A stretch of DNA of 64,000 nt. It comes from Candidatus Thorarchaeota archaeon (lineage in GTDB: Archaea; Asgardarchaeota; Thorarchaeia; Thorarchaeales; Thorarchaeaceae). Under the pieces are notes generated by a model. The model ran no database searches. It was given only the letters and a program-made list of their open reading frames with translations, and had not been told where the DNA came from. How positions within the stretch are numbered: position 1 is the first letter of the stretch; each line of letters starts with the position of its first letter. The stretch covers positions 37,994 to 101,993 of the forward strand of contig RDNZ01000002.1 of assembly GCA_011364905.1 (NCBI GenBank). The letters are read 5' to 3'. The position numbers and the translations under genes were made by a program. Positions 58,850 to 64,000 of the stretch are shown here, one piece after another.

Positions 58850-59479
58850 CTAGACTGGACGAGACTCTCCATGCGACCGGTATTTGTATGCATCATCAAG
58901 CTTTACCGGTATTTCACGCAGTCCGTCTTTGCATACATGGCGGGGATAAACAACCACCATCTTTAGTCCCATGCCAGCTTGAACATCAATACCTCGTTCA
59001 ATGCTATCAGCATGCGAACTGACAACATCAGCAAGACCGAACCTGAGATTCTCTTCACAGATGTTACACCTTATGCTATACGCCTTCGCACGAAATTGCT
59101 CCAAAGGAGGAGCATTCCCAACATACTTGGCAAACATCTCCCTCGCTTCCTCATCCGTCAGGGGTTTACCAGCAACGTTTCTCCAGAGTCCGAGACTGAT
59201 AACTGATACTAGAACTACATAGATAGCCCCGCCAAAATAGACGAAGGAAACCATCAAATCAAGAGATACCGGAAGAACGACATATCCCAAGAATGTTAGG
59301 AGTTGAAACAGATACATCATCAAGAAGAAACAGATGAAAGCAACTAGAATCCAGTATCTTCCTTGCAGTCCAAGTGGCCGCAAAACGCCAACTGTCTTCA
59401 GCGTAAGAATCAGTCCATAGACAATGCCAATGATACCTGCGAGGGTGATGACTACCTCAGGCGAAAACACTAGCTGCAT
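58850..59479 (-). CDS. Three-TM membrane protein with C-terminal putative Zn-binding domain (CxxC...HxC)
   Basis: Three hydrophobic helices then RCNIC...PRHVC; the stop lies 10 nt before the GTPase start. Confidence 0.8.
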   Translation of the reverse strand: MQLVFSPEVVITLAGIIGIVYGLILTLKTVGVLRPLGLQGRYWILVAFICFFLMMYLFQLLTFLGYVVLPVSLDLMVSFVYFGGAIYVVLVSVISLGLWRNVAGKPLTDEEAREMFAKYVGNAPPLEQFRAKAYSIRCNICEENLRFGLADVVSSHADSIERGIDVQAGMGLKMVVVYPRHVCKDGLREIPVKLDDAYKYRSHGESRPV

Positions 59480-59585
59480 GAATTCTTCCAGAAATTGTCG
59501 TATTATTAAGATTCCTCGTGTAACTTAGAACTGTGCTTTTGTTACATGATGCAAAAAGCCACAATTCTACCAGCAAGTTGACTTG

Positions 59586-60308
59586 CTAATTGTAATTTGA
59601 TAATCGCTTTTGGTAATCATCTGGGACAGAAATACCATGACCTAAAGCACTCTGAAGCAACTCAACGATATCACCCTGCAACCGGACTCTGTCATCTGCC
59701 AGATCTGATAATAGAACCTCTGGAGTTTCAACGTTTTCTTCGATTTTCGAAACAACATCAAGCTGTTCAAACAAAGTGTCTAGTAGAGAAAAGAAGACTA
59801 GTTCACTCTCGGGGTTATCATCAAGTTCCGATTTGATTTGGTCTTCCAGAATTAGTAAAACGTAACGGATTCCATCAAATGCATGAAGCTGATCACCATA
59901 TAGTTTGGCATGTTTTCTTCCAAGAGTCAAGGCTTCATCAGCTCTGCCCTCTGACAGTAGCAATCGGCAGAGGTCTTCAAATGCGCAATGACCCGGAGGA
60001 TTGTTGTTGAGGAAATCCCGATACAGCTTCTCAGCTTCTTCAGTTCTAAGGGATTGGTCCAACAGCCTGCCAAGTCCGCACACAGCATCTTCAGAGGAGG
60101 AGTCTCTCGATATGACAAACCGGAAGGTAGTTTCAGCCTCAGAATCTCTGCATAGTCGCGACTGTATGTATGCAAGTTTTGTAAGAAGCTCAAGATTCTC
60201 TGAATCATGCTCTAATTGCTTCTTGACGAGAACTTCAGCCTCAAGGTCACGGTCACTTTCACAGAGACTATTTGCCTCGTCAAGTACATCTTCAGATTTC
60301 TTCTTCAA
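59586..60308 (-). CDS. TPR-like helical repeat protein
   Basis: EAE......L...ENLE....LA; AVCGLGRLL......EAEKLYR. Start set at TTG 60308 to avoid overlapping cysS. Confidence 0.65.
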   Translation of the reverse strand: MKKKSEDVLDEANSLCESDRDLEAEVLVKKQLEHDSENLELLTKLAYIQSRLCRDSEAETTFRFVISRDSSSEDAVCGLGRLLDQSLRTEEAEKLYRDFLNNNPPGHCAFEDLCRLLLSEGRADEALTLGRKHAKLYGDQLHAFDGIRYVLLILEDQIKSELDDNPESELVFFSLLDTLFEQLDVVSKIEENVETPEVLLSDLADDRVRLQGDIVELLQSALGHGISVPDDYQKRLSNYN

Positions 60309-60394
60309 GCACGTGACCTTCTTCGCCGAATATATGATATAGGCAATATTTGCAGAGTCCTTTTTAAAGAGAATCTCCAAGACGCAATTGGGTA

Positions 60395-61840
60395 GTGAAG
60401 ATGCTAAAAGTATACAACACAAGGACCCGGTCGAAGGAAGAGTTTGTGCCAATTGAAGGAAACACGGTCCGTATGTATGTCTGTGGTCCTACTGTGTACG
60501 ATTATCCCCATATCGGAAATGCAAGGTCATTTGCTGTCTTTGATAGCATTCGAAGATACCTTGAGTACAGAGGTTACCGAGTCACGTACATAACCAACTT
60601 CACTGACATCGATGACAAGATGATCAATCGTGCTAATGAGGAAGGGATTGAGGTGTCTGAACTTGCGGCGAAGTTCATCAGTGAGTATCGCAAAATCGAG
60701 AAACAACTCAATCTGAAACCTGCTACAGTGAATCCTCGTGCAACAGAACATATCGATGACATAGTCGAAATGGTTGATCTCATCATCAAGAATGGATATG
60801 GCTATGATGTGCATGGCGATGTCTACTTCAGTGTTCCAGCGTTTGATGCCTACGGAAGCCTCTCACGAATCCCGATGGATGAACTCACATCTGGTGCAAG
60901 GGTCGAGGTGGATGAGAACAAAAAAGACCCACGCGATTTTGCATTGTGGAAAGCTGAAAAGCCTGGTGAGCCTTCATGGGATAGTCCATGGGGCAAAGGA
61001 CGCCCTGGTTGGCATGCTGAATGTTCAGTCATGGGCAGGCATTATCTGGGGCTACCGTTCGATATTCATGGTGGGGGGCAGGACCTGATATTCCCACATC
61101 ATGAGAATGAGATAGCTCAATCAGCAGCAGCTTATGGGATAGAAGTTCCTGTCAAGTATTGGTTCCACAATGGCTTTCTGACAATGGATAGTGAGAAGAT
61201 GTCAAAATCCGAAGGTAACTTCTCAACAGCTCGTGAGGTGCTTGACAACTACGACCATCAGGCAGTTCGCCTATATCTGGTCACTGGACAATACAGACAA
61301 CCTCTCGATTATAACGCAAAAGCTGTGACTCAGGCAATCCAGTCCCTTGAGCGCATCAAGAACGCTGCTGATTCTATCAGAGGCAGAATCTCAATCCTGG
61401 AAAGAATTGGCAGTCGCGAATCAGAGGATGATAAGAAGCTCGCAGAAGCAGCGAAAAAAGTGCGTGAGGGATTTGAGCGAGAAATGGATGACGATTTCAA
61501 TACTCCAGGAGCCCTCGCAGAAATCTTCGCCTTTGTCAGAGAGATCAACACACTCGTTGGTGATGTCGGAGGAGCAGCAGTGCTTCGAGAAGCCCTTGCA
61601 GTACTAACTGAATTGGTGGGAATTCTAGGAGTCAATCTCACGGATGCTAGCGCAACAGATGAAGGAGCTGCACTCACATCTGACACTCTAAAAGGAGTGA
61701 TCGAGTTTCTCCTTGAGCTTCGGGAAGAAGCCAGAAAGTCAAAGGACTTTGGGAAAGCGGATCAAATACGAGACCGCCTTAAGCAGATTGGTGTTGAGGT
61801 CAGCGACACTAAAGATGGACCAACGTGGAAACTGAGTTAG
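60395..61840 (+). CDS. cysS: Cysteine--tRNA ligase (class I)
   Basis: MYVCGPTVYDYPHIGNAR, NFTDIDDK, DFALWK, GRPGWHAECS, DIHGGGQDLIFPHHENE, KMSKS. Confidence 0.97.
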   Translation: MKMLKVYNTRTRSKEEFVPIEGNTVRMYVCGPTVYDYPHIGNARSFAVFDSIRRYLEYRGYRVTYITNFTDIDDKMINRANEEGIEVSELAAKFISEYRKIEKQLNLKPATVNPRATEHIDDIVEMVDLIIKNGYGYDVHGDVYFSVPAFDAYGSLSRIPMDELTSGARVEVDENKKDPRDFALWKAEKPGEPSWDSPWGKGRPGWHAECSVMGRHYLGLPFDIHGGGQDLIFPHHENEIAQSAAAYGIEVPVKYWFHNGFLTMDSEKMSKSEGNFSTAREVLDNYDHQAVRLYLVTGQYRQPLDYNAKAVTQAIQSLERIKNAADSIRGRISILERIGSRESEDDKKLAEAAKKVREGFEREMDDDFNTPGALAEIFAFVREINTLVGDVGGAAVLREALAVLTELVGILGVNLTDASATDEGAALTSDTLKGVIEFLLELREEARKSKDFGKADQIRDRLKQIGVEVSDTKDGPTWKLS

Positions 61841-61871
61841 CCAGACCAAACCACGGAAAAAAATATGCGAA

Positions 61872-61893
61872 ACTGGAGGGTATTCCCTCCAGT
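61872..61893. terminator. Perfect hairpin between convergent cysS and larA-like genes
   Basis: ACTGGAGGG-TATT-CCCTCCAGT, 9-bp stem. Confidence 0.55.
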
Positions 61894-61909
61894 ACTAAAC
61901 CTCATAGAA

Positions 61910-63319
61910 TCAGTTGATTTGATTCTTGACATTAATCAACAGACCGGGATCATCAAGGACATAGACTCTTGGATTAGGATGCTCTTTCAAGAACCTGCTT
62001 ACAAGACCTCGTAGAGTCTTTTGAACCTCGGTCGAGTCTGTTACCTTGCATCCTTCCATTCGGTAGACGGTCTTTATCTCCTCAGGATCCAAGCCACTAA
62101 TGAGTTTGATATTGCCCTCTGCAACATCCAAGAGGATTCGGAAGAGATCAACTGGTTTTTGGTTTCCAATTTTGAAGGTCTGTTCTGAACCATATTCTTC
62201 GATGACATATCGAAGTGCATCACGAACCTCCAAGTCTTTGACCGCATGTATCGATTCCTCATATCCCGCGCTTCCAATTCCATCTTCACATGGAGCAAGA
62301 AGGACTATCCATCCCTTTCGGTCATGTCGAATTGCATTCCAAGCCGCGTGAATTCCCTTTCCTGCTTGATAGAGATTTATTCCTAGCTCGCCAACAGATA
62401 CAAAGACAATATCTCCAGGTTCATCAACATCGACCACTCTGAGTCTTCTCAAAGGAGAAGACGCTGCGTTGTGGCATTCGATTATGTCCCCCGCTTGTAA
62501 ATAGACTATCTCACCATGATGTACAATCGTATCTATACAAAATATCGGTATTTTCTTCTTCATTACGGTAGTAATCTCAATCATATCTTCGATTACTGGA
62601 TTGCCGTTGCAGTTTCCCAATCGGCAGCCATCAACGAATCCTTTCTTAATATCAAACATCCTTGGGTGATTAACCCGAATGGTCTCTCGACCAGCCACTC
62701 CTGGACAAAACAACTTCACAGTACCGGCTTGACCAGCAAAATAATGATACTCACTGTCGCTTAAAGGAATCAGCATGCTCGAGTCTAAGACGTTTTGGTC
62801 GATGAGGATGGGAGTCCCCCTTGAGGTCTTTCCTACGTTTGTATTTCCCTTATCACAGTCATGACTTAGAACATTCTCCCCCCAATCCTTGAATATCTCT
62901 GGACCTAGGATTCTTGTTTCTACATCTTTGAGAGTCGATGGGGTGTGAGAACCATTTGAAATCATAATCCAGATGTCCGCCTTACGGACTCCAAGACCAA
63001 TGAGACGGTCTGCAACAAGGGGAAGAAGAACCTTTGTGTGAATATTTGGACGCGTCTTATCGTCAACCATGAAGAGGATTCTCTTACCTTCTTCATAGTG
63101 GGTCTTAACAAACTCATCGAAAGGAGTGGAACCAAGCGGCGATCTGAGCACATCATCGAGTTTTTTCTTGATGTCAGTGAAATCAGGAGTGTATTCATCT
63201 ACTTGAAGAACTGTAACATCTTCAACACTCTTTGGAATGAATTCATCAATTGCGTCGCTGCCATAGTTCAACGGTGTATTGTAATAGGACATGTGATGCA
63301 CCATTTGCTCAGAGGTCAA
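61910..63319 (-). CDS. larA: LarA superfamily (nickel-pincer-dependent lactate racemase-like) protein
   Basis: DDKTRP, NGSH, HYFAGQAGTVK.FCPG.AG..TI..NH, NLYQAGKG, APCEDGIG. Confidence 0.82.
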   Translation of the reverse strand: MTSEQMVHHMSYYNTPLNYGSDAIDEFIPKSVEDVTVLQVDEYTPDFTDIKKKLDDVLRSPLGSTPFDEFVKTHYEEGKRILFMVDDKTRPNIHTKVLLPLVADRLIGLGVRKADIWIMISNGSHTPSTLKDVETRILGPEIFKDWGENVLSHDCDKGNTNVGKTSRGTPILIDQNVLDSSMLIPLSDSEYHYFAGQAGTVKLFCPGVAGRETIRVNHPRMFDIKKGFVDGCRLGNCNGNPVIEDMIEITTVMKKKIPIFCIDTIVHHGEIVYLQAGDIIECHNAASSPLRRLRVVDVDEPGDIVFVSVGELGINLYQAGKGIHAAWNAIRHDRKGWIVLLAPCEDGIGSAGYEESIHAVKDLEVRDALRYVIEEYGSEQTFKIGNQKPVDLFRILLDVAEGNIKLISGLDPEEIKTVYRMEGCKVTDSTEVQKTLRGLVSRFLKEHPNPRVYVLDDPGLLINVKNQIN

Positions 63320-63362
63320 TAAGATATGTAATGATTGCGGTTTGTCCGTTTGGGAATACTTA

Positions 63363-63414
63363 TTAGACGGGCCTAACTTTTTTAGGCTTGTCTAAGTTTC
63401 TTAGTCTGGTCTAA
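63363..63414. promoter_or_regulatory. Three tandem TTAG-N6-CTAA palindromes (putative DtxR-family operator)
   Basis: 63363 TTAGACGGGCCTAA, 63382 TTAGGCTTGTCTAA, 63401 TTAGTCTGGTCTAA; exact 19-bp period; directly upstream of feoAB. Confidence 0.8.
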
Positions 63415-63464
63415 GAATTATCTACTGGCATCTGTCACATGCCGGTCCGACTGTCAAAGGAGCC

Positions 63465-63869
63465 TTGACGATGGACGAGAAAGGGACTCACACCGAATCC
63501 AAGAACCACACCCGATTGATTTCTGTAAGCCCTGGAAAGACATGTAGGCTCGTTGGAATTTCTAACTCAGGTAGGGGAGCGCGCGGTAGGCACAGGCGAC
63601 ACGAGCATCCTGAGCGAAGGCATATGTTTGGTAGATTCTTCAAGCATCGTGGTCAATGGGATGAAAGGAAGAAGCAATGGCGCAAAAGAGGCGAACGGGA
63701 GATAGTAAAACGTCTGTTGGATCTCGGATTGACAAAGGGGTGCACATTCAAGGTCATTCATGGACAAGGCGCAGGACCTGTTCTTGTCGAAGTAAGAGGA
63801 ACTAGAATTGCACTTGGACACGGACTCGCCTCAAAAGTCCTCGTCGAGGTCTTGGAGGATACAGCATGA
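63465..63869 (+). CDS. feoA: Ferrous iron transport protein FeoA with a basic His/Arg-rich insertion
   Basis: [33 protein letters not shown]; coupled to feoB by ATGA. Confidence 0.88.
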   Translation: MTMDEKGTHTESKNHTRLISVSPGKTCRLVGISNSGRGARGRHRRHEHPERRHMFGRFFKHRGQWDERKKQWRKRGEREIVKRLLDLGLTKGCTFKVIHGQGAGPVLVEVRGTRIALGHGLASKVLVEVLEDTA

Positions 63870-64000
63870 AAATCACAGTCGCGCTCATTGGCAATCCCAA
63901 CGTAGGCAAGTCTGTAGTTTTCAACAGCTTGACTGGATTGAGACAGCACACTGGTAATTGGCCCGGAAAGACTGTGGAAATGAAACAAGGTTACTTCAAA
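63866..64000 (+). CDS. feoB: Ferrous iron transport protein FeoB, partial (N-terminal GTPase domain)
   Basis: Not in the ORF track. Translates as [45 protein letters not shown]. Confidence 0.92.
   Translation, partial: MKITVALIGNPNVGKSVVFNSLTGLRQHTGNWPGKTVEMKQGYFK

Noticed and set aside
59519-59546. TGTAAC-N16-GTTACA inverted repeat upstream of the membrane protein-GTPase pair
   Set aside because: Only 6-bp arms, a single occurrence, and no matching regulator known to me.

Overview
A gene-dense, mostly accessory and metabolic archaeal window. It is probably from an Asgard archaeon, likely Thorarchaeia; this is an inference from the gene repertoire, the GAGGT-type ribosome-binding sites and the small GTPase, not a computed placement. 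About 60 CDSs are supported. They include a partial N6-adenine DNA methyltransferase, an AOR-family oxidoreductase with its ferredoxin, TldD/PmbA, a LonC-like protease, CysS, a LarA-family protein, FeoA/FeoB, GH38 and GH3 glycosidases, four MFS transporters, five GNAT proteins, TPR proteins and several hydrolases and methyltransferases. No rRNA, CRISPR array, transposase or integrase was seen. The most striking non-coding structure is at 20.6-27.7 kb: five co-oriented whole or partial copies of one tRNA-Cys(GCA) transcription unit (one intact gene, one full-length degenerate copy, a 3' fragment, a 5' fragment with promoter, and a promoter-only copy), each separated by one or two cargo genes. 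Other highlights are a membrane sensor-like protein coupled to an atypical Roc-like small GTPase, a GNAT-OB-fold (SSB-like) fusion, a DUF4386-winged-helix fusion, a 29-codon in-frame collapsed copy of a TetR-linked methyltransferase, and two operator arrays (a TetR-type palindrome x3 and TTAG-N6-CTAA x3 upstream of feoAB). All calls come from reading motifs by eye; no database search was run.
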